A stretch of 64,000 bases of DNA from Coniocarpon cinnabarinum (Eukaryota): positions 62,001-126,000 of the forward strand of contig JAVECO010000003.1 in the NCBI GenBank assembly GCA_051942205.1, read 5' to 3'. This document shows positions 35,088 to 46,388 of the stretch, in pieces. A program made the position numbers and the translations under genes. The notes under the pieces were generated by a model. The model was not told the DNA's origin. It ran no database searches and was given only the letters and a program-made list of their open reading frames with translations. The stretch's first letter is position 1; every line of letters begins with the position of its first letter.

Positions 35088-37160
35088 ATGAAAGCAGCTG
35101 TGCTCACTGTACTTGCTGTGGCACACCTACTTGGTGACGTGGTTGCTTTTCCCCAGCTCGCAGACAGGTCCCTGCTCGAAGCTCGACAAGATCCTGCAGC
35201 TGCTCCTCCCCCCACATTCATCAAGCCTGATCCCTCGTGGGAGCGCTCTCCATGTCCAGGGATCAATACATTGTACGCACCAATCGTGTTCCAGAATGGG
35301 CAAAGGCTACAATGCGTGATCACGCTGACCAAACACAGGGCCAACCAGGGATTCATAAACCGCAATGGTACCAACGTCTCCCGTCAATCACTGCAACAAG
35401 CGTTTCTTGACGCCTTTGGATTCGCCTTCTCTGTCACCGATGGAGGAGCTGCCAATGCTGTCAATCTCCAAGGTCGAGGTGACAACACATTCGACCTATC
35501 AACACTTGCCATTCCTCATCAAATTGAACATGACGGCTCGCTGACGCGAGATGACCGTAATATGTCGTGGAGCAACTCCGCAAACAACAACGACTTCAAT
35601 TGTACTATATGGAGCGCAACACTCGCTTTGTACGGACAGGGTAGTGACGGCGCCGGCGGCCATGTTGATGCCACGTCTGCGCAGTCCGCTCGACAAGGAC
35701 GCTTCCTTCAAGCTCAGCAACAAGACGCGCCTGGATGGTTTACGCTCAATAACGGCGGCTCTGAATCCGAAGCAGGATTCTACCTGACGTTGTTCAATGA
35801 TCCAACTGCCGATCAGTCTCAAGGTCCTTCAGCGAGACTGGATTGGATTGATTACTTTTTCTTCAACCAGCAGATGCCGACGGCACTGGGTTGGGCCAAG
35901 CCAGCGAATGGCATCTCCCAAGATGAATTCAATGGAGTCGTCAGTCGCGTCAACGCCGCTGCTACTACAGCGCCAGGGGCTGGTACTTTCTCAGGACTCT
36001 GCGGTGGCCAGCAACCTCCACCAGGCACTACCACTTCATCGTCGACGACTTCATCTTCCTCCAGCTCTACAAGTCTGCCTAACCCTGGCCCGTCAATCAC
36101 GACGTCATCATCAAGTACGAGCGTGCCGCTGCCCGGTCAGCCGACCACCACATCATCTTCGACATCATCAAGCACGAGTGTGCCAGTGCCCGGCCAGCCA
36201 ACGTCGTCATCCACGACGTCCAGTAACAATGTGCCTATTCCAGGTCAGACTACATCATCTTCATCCTCAACATCAAGTTCCAATGTGCCTGTACCTGGCC
36301 AGACCACGTCTACGACGTCAAGTATTTCCAACACAATTTCTACCGCCCCTGGTTTGCCCGTCTTCTCGACTACTTCCTCCACCTCGAGCACTTCCATTCC
36401 AGGTATACCAGGTACCGGGGTCACTAATACACCTCCGACGCCTATTACGCCAGGCACATACGTCACAAACCCACCCACAGTGCCCGGAACTGGTCTTCCA
36501 ATCGGCACCGGTTCGTCCAATCCATATGCTCCTCTCAACGGAACCACAGTCCAGACTACATCTGCTCCGTCTACAAATACGATCGTGTCTGCTACGGACG
36601 TCACGAGTTACCTTTCCGGACCATCTATTCCGCCTTCTCTTGTTTCCGCTTCTGCCCTAAACCAAGCCAGTGCGATTGCAGGCTCTGCGGCCGCTCCCAC
36701 CGTTCCGAACGCGTACACCCATGTCCTGGAAAAGGATGAATGGATACAAGTGGAGTTCCTCATCAATCATTATATCAGTGGTATCGAAATCCTCGTGGCG
36801 GTATTGGTACGCTTCCATGACGCGGCTTTCAGTCCGATGCCGGGCATGCCTTTGCCTACTATGGGTTCAAGTTGGTGGAATTCCATGGCCCCAGCTCCTA
36901 TGCCAAGTGGGACTGCGGTCCAGGCCGATGCGGTACCTGCAAACGATAATCTGCTTGCGACAAGCAATCCGTCACAGCCACAAGGTGTGCCCGGCGCTCC
37001 TCCAGCGCAAGGTGCACTGGGCCAAGCGATACCGTCAGACCTTCTGTCGGCGTCCGCAAACCCTGCTCCAAGTGGCGTAGCTGGAGCACCGACAGCATAC
37101 GCCCAGAGTAACGCTGGTCAGCCTCTCAGTCCAGCGATGACGTGCGCTTGCCCGTCCTAA
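35088..37160 (+). CDS. Secreted heme-thiolate peroxidase (chloroperoxidase/short UPO) with long Ser/Thr/Pro-rich extension
   Basis: Signal peptide MKAAVLTVLAVAHLL, RSPCPGINTL|ANQG across in-frame intron 35273-35338, IEHDGSLTRDD motif and about 390 aa of low-complexity tail. Confidence 0.88.
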   Translation: MKAAVLTVLAVAHLLGDVVAFPQLADRSLLEARQDPAAAPPPTFIKPDPSWERSPCPGINTLYAPIVFQNGQRLQCVITLTKHRANQGFINRNGTNVSRQSLQQAFLDAFGFAFSVTDGGAANAVNLQGRGDNTFDLSTLAIPHQIEHDGSLTRDDRNMSWSNSANNNDFNCTIWSATLALYGQGSDGAGGHVDATSAQSARQGRFLQAQQQDAPGWFTLNNGGSESEAGFYLTLFNDPTADQSQGPSARLDWIDYFFFNQQMPTALGWAKPANGISQDEFNGVVSRVNAAATTAPGAGTFSGLCGGQQPPPGTTTSSSTTSSSSSSTSLPNPGPSITTSSSSTSVPLPGQPTTTSSSTSSSTSVPVPGQPTSSSTTSSNNVPIPGQTTSSSSSTSSSNVPVPGQTTSTTSSISNTISTAPGLPVFSTTSSTSSTSIPGIPGTGVTNTPPTPITPGTYVTNPPTVPGTGLPIGTGSSNPYAPLNGTTVQTTSAPSTNTIVSATDVTSYLSGPSIPPSLVSASALNQASAIAGSAAAPTVPNAYTHVLEKDEWIQVEFLINHYISGIEILVAVLVRFHDAAFSPMPGMPLPTMGSSWWNSMAPAPMPSGTAVQADAVPANDNLLATSNPSQPQGVPGAPPAQGALGQAIPSDLLSASANPAPSGVAGAPTAYAQSNAGQPLSPAMTCACPS
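36027..36420 (+). repeat. Coding imperfect repeats (T/S-run followed by S/N-V-P-x-P-G-Q)
   Basis: SVPLPGQ, SVPVPGQ, NVPIPGQ and NVPVPGQ, plus looser SLPNPGP and SIPGIPG, each preceded by Ser/Thr runs. Confidence 0.85.
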
Positions 37161-37666
37161 CTTGCATCGCGGTCGTCCAAGGAGCGATCTCAATGCTGAA
37201 TGATACCCATGAACTGCATTTGTCAGGAGTTTGATAAAATATCAATTGGGTTCCGGTAAGAAGCGCTGTGGCGCCGCCGCGACTTAGATATACTCATGGA
37301 ACTTTTTGAAGGGCACGTGCCTACTTGTGCATGTGTCAGAGATGGGGCACATATCTAGTACACATCCGGCAGGTGTATCTACTCCGGAAATAGACGCGCT
37401 GTGTTGATAAGCCCAAACAATCGAGTAGAGTGATACCTGAATATCATCTGCACCTCACGCGTCGTAAACATTGCCACATACATAGCACCTCCCAGTGGGG
37501 AAGGAAGCCGGACGTTTCCCCAGCCTTGCGGTGAAACGCATCACCGTTGCCCCACCACGTGCCATCTGTTTGATCGGTCCTCCAGAAGCTCAGAGTCGGA
37601 GTTGACCATTTCGTTCAGCCATCGCACCTGTTCACTGCTCTAAAACATCGCCTTGCTGCGCTCACA

Positions 37667-38589
37667 ATGTCTCATACCCATGATGGAGTGGCCCATGACC
37701 ATGACGCAGCCGGCGATCATGGGCACACACATGAGATACTTGATGGGCCAGGCTCCTATGAAGGACGTGAGATGCCCATAATCGAGGGTCGCGACTGGCG
37801 AGAGCGCGCTTTTACTGTGGGAATAGGAGGGTAGGTGCGTCGCTTGATGCTCAATCTGCAGTCTACATATACGTCTACTCGGCAGGACATGGTCAGGGAT
37901 CAGCTAATCCTAGCTCACTTCAGACCCGTCGGCTCAGGCAAGACAGCCCTCATGCTGGCCCTGTGCCAACGCCTCCGCGATACCTACTCCCTCGCTGCAG
38001 TGACCAACGACATCTTCACGCGCGAGGACCGCGACTTTCTCTTGCGTCATTCGGCTCTTCCGACGGAGCGGCTTACTGCCATTGAGACAGGCGGCTGTCC
38101 CCACGCCGCTGTGCGTGAGGACATCTCATCCAACTTGCTGGCCCTAACGAGTCTGCACAACAAGCATGGCACCGACATCTTGCTCATCGAGAGCGGTGGC
38201 GATAACCTCGCGGCGAATTATAGCCGGGAGTTGGCGGATTTCATCATCTACGTGATTGATGTGGCGGGAGGTGATAAAGTGCCGAGAAAGGGAGGGCCTG
38301 GCATCACGCAGAGCGATCTCTTGGTTGTTAACAAGATTGATCTGGCGGAAGCGGTGGGTGCGGACTTGGGGGTAATGGAGAGGGAGAGCGCGGTCATGCG
38401 GTGAGTAGATCTTACCTCGTCTGAAGTAACCCAGGCTAACTAACAGCGCACAGAGAGGGAGGGCCCACGATCTTTGCTGAGGTAAAAAACGGGAAGAAAG
38501 TAGATCACATCGTGCAGCTCATACTCAGCGCCTGGAGGAGCTGTGGTGCAGATGCCGCGTACAGGAAGAGGATGGCTCAACAGTCGTGA
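37667..38589 (+). CDS. ureG: Urease accessory GTPase UreG
   Basis: His-rich N-terminus, [36 protein letters not shown]. Introns 37831-37923 and 38401-38453. Confidence 0.97.
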
Positions 38590-38858
38590 GTGAGCGGCGT
38601 GGTATTCACGGTCTAACAGTGGCAAAAATTCACTGTATTAATGACCATTCTTACAAAGCTGCCTTCAAGAAAATGTGTCAATCAGCAGGTGTGTCACTAT
38701 ATTGATCGTGCCATCTTCATGTGATGACCCAACTTGCTTGCATAAGTGCAACGTCTGATTTACTGGTACATGGTGGAGAGCCGAGCGAACATCTGTGGAC
38801 ATTCAAATACAAGCTTAGTCCCGCCTATCTGTTAACAGTCGTGGACGTAACGTTCACG

Positions 38859-39954
38859 ATGACCTTACTTCAAGAACGCATTGACACGCATGTTCATTTT
38901 GTGCCGCCCGATTGGCAAAGGGCACTCCAAACAGCGCGCCTCGACCCTCCTGATGGCATGCCTGCGCTTCCCGTAGGACTGGTTATTTCTCCTTGTGCTA
39001 CAGAAGACGTTGGCTTACTAGATCGCCCAGGCATGGAGCGAAAAAGATCATCTTGCCATGATGGACAGTCTCAACATCAGGAAATCAATCCTGAGCATCA
39101 CCTCACCTGGGGTTGATTTCAGCTCCAAGGGCTTTGGTTACCCCAAAACCAACTCACAAGCCAGTACGCTTGCTCGCTATTGCAATGAATTCGCCGCTGA
39201 CTTAAAACGCCGCCATCCCCATCGCTTCGGCTTCTGGGCAAGCTTGCCATTGTTTCACGTTCAAGACAGCATCGCCGAAGTTCGCTATGCGTTAGACATG
39301 TTGAACGCTGATGGCGTTACTGTCTTGACCAATTATTATGGGAGCTACCTGGGTGACGCAGCTTTTCAACCCGTCTGGGATGAACTCGATCGGCGCAAGG
39401 CCACCGTCTTCGTCCATCCAACAGCACCGAAACTCACCGAGTCGGAGGACAAAGTCTGCGCGGCGTCACCCCTAGCACGCTGCTATCCGGAACCCATGTT
39501 TGAATTCATGTTTGACACTGCTCGTACCATTATCGATCTCTTCCTCTCAGGCACCATTAGACGTCACCCCAACATCAAATGGCTCTTCTCACACGCAGGC
39601 GGCACACTACCCATGCTGATCGAGCGGTTCACAGCTATACCGCCGCTATTGAGCCTCCCGATGGGAGGTGAGACGTCAGAAAGCATCAAAGTGAGCATTC
39701 GGGAGAAGTTCTATTTCGACCTTGCTGGCATGCCATATCCTGGCGCGATCCAAGCGCTGCTGGAATACACAGATGCCAGCAAGATCACTTATGGCAGTGA
39801 TTATTGCTTTACACCCGCGGAAGGTGCAAAAGCGCTGGCGGAGCACATGGAAGAGTGGATGCCGAAAGTCTGGGAGACGGAAGAGGAGAGGCGGGCGGTT
39901 CTCTGGAGGAACGCTGAGGATTTGCTAGGCTGGGGCCGCCGAGCATCCCTGTAG
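38859..39954 (+). CDS. Amidohydrolase-2 family decarboxylase (6-methylsalicylate decarboxylase PatG/YanB-like)
   Basis: IDTHVHF, intron 38973-39030, ILSITSPG, VFVHP, FDTAR, SHAGGTLP, YGSDY. Confidence 0.88.
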
Positions 39955-40231
39955 ATGCGTTGGTAAATAATTGATATCGATGTTGTGCAAGGATCTGTTG
40001 GTATAGAAGGTCATGCAGGCCAATTTATATACAAGCCAAGCGCCGATCGTGCTGCGAAGCATTAACGGCAGCAACTTCAGAAGCACTCGAAGGTGAAGTG
40101 GAGCATTGGCAGTTTCATTTTATTCCTGTTCAAGATCATGTGTATCCATACACAGTAATTCTTCTCTGTGACTGAGTTCATGTAATTGTCCAACACTCAC
40201 GTCGTGAATTGTCCCGTCATCCAGCCAATAA

Positions 40232-43200
40232 ATGCATAGAACCGCGCAGAGAAGCGTCTGTTACAGCTTCAGACGACCGGCGAGACTAATTGCTGGTCGA
40301 CGCTTTCCCCACGGCTTCCGTCGCTCTCGTCCACCCTCGACGGCTAGATCTTTCTCCGCATCTCCGCTCAGAACAAACGGTCCCGACGAGAACCCGAATT
40401 TCCCAGAAGGTGACCCATTGAATGGCCAAGTAATATTTGGACAGCCCGGACTTCCGATAAGAGATGGCTCTGGGGGTCCAAACCCGAGGAATGGCTCGTC
40501 AAAGTCGTCAACGAGGAAGTACAGGACTCAGAAGTCCGAAGGCCTTTCGCCCATTACAATACCTGGGTGGTTTCTAGACAACAATGTGAAGCTTAGTGAA
40601 GACCAGCAGCAATGGCACGCGACCCCGTTGGATGTAGTTGGGGAATCGGACGAGGCCCAAACACAGAAGAGCGAGGCGCATCAGAACCAGAGCCCTGAAG
40701 AACAACCTCGTGAACCCGCCGAGCAGCATGGCGGTCAAGAGCTTACGCAGAATGATCAGAGTTCTGTTCAGGAGGACGATACTCCAAAAAGCTACAAAAT
40801 AAATCAATCAGTCTTTGCAGAAATCCAGGCGTGCCTGTCAAGCGGATTGTCCTCACTTTCAGAGGATGCCGAAACCTTCGTGGGCGGAAAGACACATGTC
40901 AGGATCTACTGTCCTTTCGATGGTGCTACGTACTTCTTAGAGAAGACCGTAGAGCACGCCGCAGACGAGCTAGGTGCGGATGTGGTGAGACTCGATGCGC
41001 AAGACTTGGCGCAAATAGCAGGCGATTACATCAAAGAGGGCACCGACGCCACGTCCCACTCACTCTGGAGTCTAGCTTTCGACGCTCAGAATGCGTTACC
41101 GAAGAACATAAATCCATTTGCACCACCGGAGCAAGAGGAAGGTGATGAAGAAGGTGAAGACTATGCCGTGGAGGATATGGAAGACCGAGACGGCAGACCA
41201 CCTAAACAGCACACAATGACTGGCCTTACTGCTATTCCGCTAGCCAGTTTCCCGGTGGGACGAGGTGGCGATTTTTCGTCCGTCTTCGACCAGGTGCGAA
41301 AGGCTTTCCACGGCGGTCCTCCTGGTCAAGGGCAACAGGCTCCAATGCAGCCTGGCACAAACTTGCCACCAGGCCTCATTCCCGTGAATCAGTCAAAGCC
41401 AGCTGATCAAATTGCACAGTGGAATGATCACAAACTTGACGCTCTACTCGAGGTGCTCGTGGACGCAAACACTGCCAAGCGTACGGCGCCGCAAAGTGAG
41501 GAGAAGAAGCTGGAAAAAGGCGTGACCGTGACGCCTGCAGACTCAGAGGAGAATGCAACACAAGATTCCGAGTCGACGAAGATGCCTCGGACCGGACCTG
41601 AGACCCCCAGAACGATTCTGCTGATACGTGGCTCACGAGAGCTGAGCTTCACCCACCAAGGACGCCTCATTCTTGAGAAGTTGATTGACATTGTACACAA
41701 AAAACGACGGAACGGCCAACGACTCGTGATTGCGGGCATATCCGCATCGTCCGCATTGACGCCAGACTTCTCGCATAACGCTCTGATGGATCTGCAGGCC
41801 GATGGGCAACGATCCCTCTTTCGAACGGTGGTCGTTCTGCCAGAGGGCGACAAAGGTGCCATATTTCGAGACGCACCCAGAGAGACTCGTGCAATCAATA
41901 TGCGACATCTTCACAGCATGGTTGAAAGGTTATGGCGCGGCTCAGGCACTGCGTTGGGTCAAGACCTGGAGTCCTTCACCAAGGAGCTGAACCAAGTCGG
42001 CATTCTCTCTGCAGAAGGCTCGACGGTGCTCGACTCCCAGCTATTCGCCTTCGACGAAATCCACCGCGTCGCAGTTACAGCTCTCGGCATCCAGCTGCAG
42101 AACGCCTCTGAACAGAACGCCGCCCAAGCCGTGGCAACCGCCATGCGAGTCCTCGAACGCAGCGACGACGTCAAGACAGAGCTCGGCCACGCCGAACAGC
42201 AAATCCAGAAACCCGCCCCCGAAAGCAGCAAAGCCAAGTCCCACACCGACGCGCGCCTCAAGAAACTCCGCAAACAATGCAACCACCACGAGCGCTCGCT
42301 GCTCAAAGGCGTGGTCCACAGCGAGAACATCCGCACGACATTTGACCACGTCCACGCCCCGGCTGAGACCGTTGAGTCCCTCAAAAACCTCACTATGCTT
42401 TCACTCACCCGCCCCGAAGCGTTCAAATACGGCGTCCTCGCCACCGACAAAATCACAGGCTGTCTCCTCTACGGCCCCCCGGGAACAGGGAAGACGCTTC
42501 TCGCCAAAGCCGTTGCCAAAGAAAGCGGCGCCACTGTCCTCGAAGTCTCCGGCTCGGACGTCTACGACATGTACGTCGGCGAGTCTGAGAAGAACGTCCG
42601 TGCCATTTTCAGTCTGGCCAAGAAACTCTCACCCTGTGTCGTCTTCATCGATGAAGCTGACGCGATCTTTGCGTCGCGCGGCTCTGGCACGAATCGGAAC
42701 TCGCATCGTGAGTTGATCAATCAGTTTTTGAGAGAGTGGGACGGGATGACGGATACGAATGCTTTTATCATGGTGGCGACGAATCGGCCGTTTGATCTAG
42801 ACGATGCGGCGCTGAGGCGGTTACCGAGACGTCTGCTCGTTGATCTGCCGAATGAGAAGGATCGCGAAAGCATCCTAAAGATTCATCTCGCGGACGAAGC
42901 GCTTGATTCGGCTGTGACACTGCATGATCTAGCCACCCGTACACCTCTGTACTCCGGCAGCGACCTCAAGAACATGTGCGTCGCCGCGGCGTTAGCCGCC
43001 GTGAAAGAAGAAAACGACTCCGCCACAAAGCACAACGCCGAAAAAGAAGACGAAGATCCCGCCTTCGTCTTCCCGGAGCGACGAACGCTGGAACTCCGCC
43101 ATTTCGAAAAGGCCATGGAGGAGATTACGAGTAGTGTGAGTGAGGACATGAGTTCTCTGGGCGCGATTCGCAAGTTTGATGAGAAATACGGGGATCGTCG

Positions 43201-43282
43201 TGGAAGAAAGAAACGGGGGAGTTATGGGTTTGCGGTTGGTGGGGAGGGGAAGAAGGAGGATGCTGTTAAGGTGAGGTCGTAG
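40232..43282 (+). CDS. Mitochondrial AAA+ ATPase (Msp1/spastin-like clade, long fungal form)
   Basis: 1016-aa ORF with Arg-rich presequence, Walker A GPPGTGKT, pore loop MYVGE, Walker B VFIDEAD and SRH ATNRPFDLDDAALRR. Confidence 0.92.
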   Translation: MHRTAQRSVCYSFRRPARLIAGRRFPHGFRRSRPPSTARSFSASPLRTNGPDENPNFPEGDPLNGQVIFGQPGLPIRDGSGGPNPRNGSSKSSTRKYRTQKSEGLSPITIPGWFLDNNVKLSEDQQQWHATPLDVVGESDEAQTQKSEAHQNQSPEEQPREPAEQHGGQELTQNDQSSVQEDDTPKSYKINQSVFAEIQACLSSGLSSLSEDAETFVGGKTHVRIYCPFDGATYFLEKTVEHAADELGADVVRLDAQDLAQIAGDYIKEGTDATSHSLWSLAFDAQNALPKNINPFAPPEQEEGDEEGEDYAVEDMEDRDGRPPKQHTMTGLTAIPLASFPVGRGGDFSSVFDQVRKAFHGGPPGQGQQAPMQPGTNLPPGLIPVNQSKPADQIAQWNDHKLDALLEVLVDANTAKRTAPQSEEKKLEKGVTVTPADSEENATQDSESTKMPRTGPETPRTILLIRGSRELSFTHQGRLILEKLIDIVHKKRRNGQRLVIAGISASSALTPDFSHNALMDLQADGQRSLFRTVVVLPEGDKGAIFRDAPRETRAINMRHLHSMVERLWRGSGTALGQDLESFTKELNQVGILSAEGSTVLDSQLFAFDEIHRVAVTALGIQLQNASEQNAAQAVATAMRVLERSDDVKTELGHAEQQIQKPAPESSKAKSHTDARLKKLRKQCNHHERSLLKGVVHSENIRTTFDHVHAPAETVESLKNLTMLSLTRPEAFKYGVLATDKITGCLLYGPPGTGKTLLAKAVAKESGATVLEVSGSDVYDMYVGESEKNVRAIFSLAKKLSPCVVFIDEADAIFASRGSGTNRNSHRELINQFLREWDGMTDTNAFIMVATNRPFDLDDAALRRLPRRLLVDLPNEKDRESILKIHLADEALDSAVTLHDLATRTPLYSGSDLKNMCVAAALAAVKEENDSATKHNAEKEDEDPAFVFPERRTLELRHFEKAMEEITSSVSEDMSSLGAIRKFDEKYGDRRGRKKRGSYGFAVGGEGKKEDAVKVRS

Positions 43283-43551
43283 GGTTGACTTAGATTGTCG
43301 AGGTCTGTGAGGACTGTGTGAGGAGGACGAAGGACTGTGTTTGTAATGTAGGATACGGGTTTCATGCATAGATAGATAGCTTGACTATTTGCATTACAAA
43401 AGCGCTTTTCAGGACCAGATCATCCCGTATTCACGCCAATTTACTCTTCTCGATGAGTTCGATCCGTGAGGCTAAGATGTCAAATTGCTAACGTGACAAT
43501 AAGCTATAGAAGAGCCCAGCGATGACTTTTTAGGCTGTAAAACTTATGAGG

Positions 43552-43771
43552 TGTTCGTAAACAACACACTCTTACAGTCAACTCAGCTGCAAGTTCTACT
43601 GTAAGACATCGCTGCTTTATAAGAGCACGAATACAGCTATAGCCTAGATATTCTTAGTTTAGAAGTCTTATCAAGTCTTTTAATAATAAATAATAGTTAG
43701 GCTCGTAGTGGTGCTGCTGCTGCATCCCGGCAAAGCCACCCACGAGCACCTTACGAACCCGCCCTCGAACA
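43552..43771. mobile_element. Possible degenerate solo LTR / RIP-eroded transposon relic
   Basis: About 220-bp segment, AT- and TpA-rich over most of its length, bounded by TGTTCG...CGAACA inverted ends, with TATAA then AATAAA inside. No target-site duplication found. Confidence 0.3.
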
Positions 43772-44212
43772 AAATAAAGACGGACTGCGATGACACCTGC
43801 AAGCATGACCATGAAGTCCACAACATCTCCACTATCTCACAGGCATGCGTTGACACATTTGAATGGATCTCGTGTCATCTCATGATTTACTTTGCTTTGA
43901 TAACCTTGACATATGTATACATGATATTCAACACTGGTAAGTGACGCGCAATTCGCGAACTTCGGTGATGTAAGCTTCGCTTTTGCGCCTGACGCCTTGC
44001 TACGGTAAAGGTACATTTACGTCTTTTACTCGTCGTCTGTTCTGCTTGCGAAAGAAGCATCCATGCTTGATTTTGTGGCCCTGAGGAAGTCGCGGACATG
44101 TCGCGTCTACCATGTCTCTTCTCTCTTGCATTTGGTCGGAAGTGACGTCCTTCTTTCGCCGTCACTGGACGTCTGGCAAAGACGTACTGCATGATTGTGC
44201 AAATCAATGTGC

Positions 44213-45917
44213 TCACGTCGTCTCGAGCAGTGCAAGCCAATTGATTACCTGTGGACGTCAGCAAAAGCCGCGCCTGCGTCACTGCCCCCACTGCATTCCA
44301 CTGGATTACATGCGACATCAACAAGCAAGAAAAGAGAAAGGACTCACCATCATAGCCTCCACCAAGCTCACACGCTCACCATAATTCCCTCCATCATAGC
44401 TATCCGCCTGCACCGTCGCATTCAGCAACTCCAAACTCTCCACGCCCCGTCTCTGCGCCTCCTTGCCCATCTCCACGCTATAATGCCATAGCGCATTATT
44501 CCCCTCCTGCATGATCTTCGCCGGCGGCTTCATATGCCCCGCCGCATTTGGACCCACCCACAGGAACGGCGAGTTGCGTCCAGAATTATCGGCAATGGTG
44601 AGCCATTCATCCATGCTGTCAGTCGCCTGCGGCCACTGCATCCCCGTGCTCAAGCCAAGCGAATGCACAATCGCCACGGGCTTCCAAGATTGCTTATCTT
44701 TATCCAACAACTCCTGGAAGCGCTGCTTCTCCTCTTCAGGGGCTGGCGACCCCGCGATCCTGAGGTAAAAGTGCGGAACCCGGTTACACGCGTACGGGCT
44801 TCGAAGCGTGGGTTCCACGTCAGCGGTCGCGACGTCGTCATTGCTCGTGACGAAGAACTCCGCGCATGTCGGATTCGTGTACTGCGCGTCGCAGCGGCAG
44901 GCGTGGCGCTGCTCGGGGGTCATTTTCCAGGCCTGGAGCGCGCCGAGCGCGAGATCCCGCCGTAGCAAAATGTTGAAGGCGGTGTAGATGTGGGCGATGA
45001 GGTCGTCGCCGACGAAGACGAGGCCGTCGAAGCGGGAGAGGATCATGCAGATTTCGGAGGGGGTGTACCATTTGTAGTGGCAGCCTGGATGTGAACGTTA
45101 GCAAGTGTTTGATCGTACACATGAAGGATAAAGGGCCCCTCAGGCCGAGTCCAGCAAGGAGAGTGTTGTTCATGAGGTCCAAGGCCGAGAAAAGTCACGT
45201 ACCGATGGGCGTATACGGCATATCGAAGCCATGTCTACCGCCTCCGCTGCACGCTTTGAGCATGTTCGCCCGATTCTTGCAGTAAGGAAAGTTCTTCTTC
45301 GCTTGCGGCGTGGACCACACCGGAGGAATATAGATGTCTGTGGAGGACAATCGGCACTCAAGCCCGCCCTCGAAGTCAACGAAGTGACTGTCGTCTGTCA
45401 GCATACTCGTCCCGTTTCTCAGATCGTCTGGGCCTAGCCACGAGTACAGTCACTCCACTCACTTCTTTGCAATCACGCCCTCATTCAACATCTCCCCCTC
45501 CTTTACCTTCGGCTCAAACACACTCGACACGAACAGGTAGATGACCGTGCATCCCACCGCGGCGACTAAGATCTGGACCAGCCGTCTCAGATCCCAGCCA
45601 AATATGCCAAAGCCGCCGCCTCTTCTCCCACTGTCACCAGCCCCGAGACTCCACCCATTCCCCGTACTTCTCCCACCGCCCGCACCAGAGCTCCTCCAAT
45701 CAGGCGAAGCGCCACGCGGACTGGGCACACCCGAGAAGTATCCAGGCGTCTCGGGCGACGACTGATCGCCCAACTTGCTTTTGGTAGAGTAGTTCGAGGG
45801 CATCCCGTGAAAGGCGCTGGGAGTATCGGGGGTTTCGACGTATTCTTTGGGTGGGCGAGGACGGACGGTGTTGAGAGGGGTGGGGGTCATGTTGGCGGGG
45901 CGATCAGACATTGGCAT
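44213..45917 (-). CDS. Conserved fungal type II membrane protein, SGNH/GDSL-like luminal domain (CAP64/Cas3-like)
   Basis: Four exons (45917-45463, 45387-45203, 45084-about 44348, 44248-44213). Single TM helix, GCHYKWY..EICMILSRF..LVFVGDD, C-terminal EAMM|VINWL. Confidence 0.75.
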
Positions 45918-46388
45918 GATTGTGTGGCTGTGGCCTGATCAGAGTTGGGACGAGAGGAAGTATTGGCGCAGGGTTGTGCATGTGCGTGCTGCAGTTTTGA
46001 CGATAACGCTGGGCTAGGTCATGGTGGGCTGCTCTTTTGCGTTGTTGCGGGCAAGAGGATGTCAGCTTGTCGGCGATCAAATACAGATCTGTTATATATC
46101 TATGGTGAAGAGTAAAAGATCTATGTAAATGGAATGAGACCGGCGAGATGCCAATCGCAATGGGCGACAGGTACCAAGTAAAACGGTCGTCTTAGCGGTG
46201 CCATTGGATCAATCAGGGCGCCTCGGCTTGGGCTTAGCGTTCAACATCCAAGCCACGTGACTTTCGGTTGACAGTAGATTTGCATTGCTGCCATCTGATG
46301 AAGAATCCCGCATACGATACCTATTTTACCTACCCGCGCAAGCCGGTCACGCGTGTTCGATGCGAGCATGCCGTAGTCAACCACCTGT

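Noticed and set aside
37495..37556. GC-rich hairpins upstream of ureG as a riboswitch or ribozyme
   Set aside because: Stems are only about 6 bp and match no TPP or HDV consensus. Expected by chance at this GC content.
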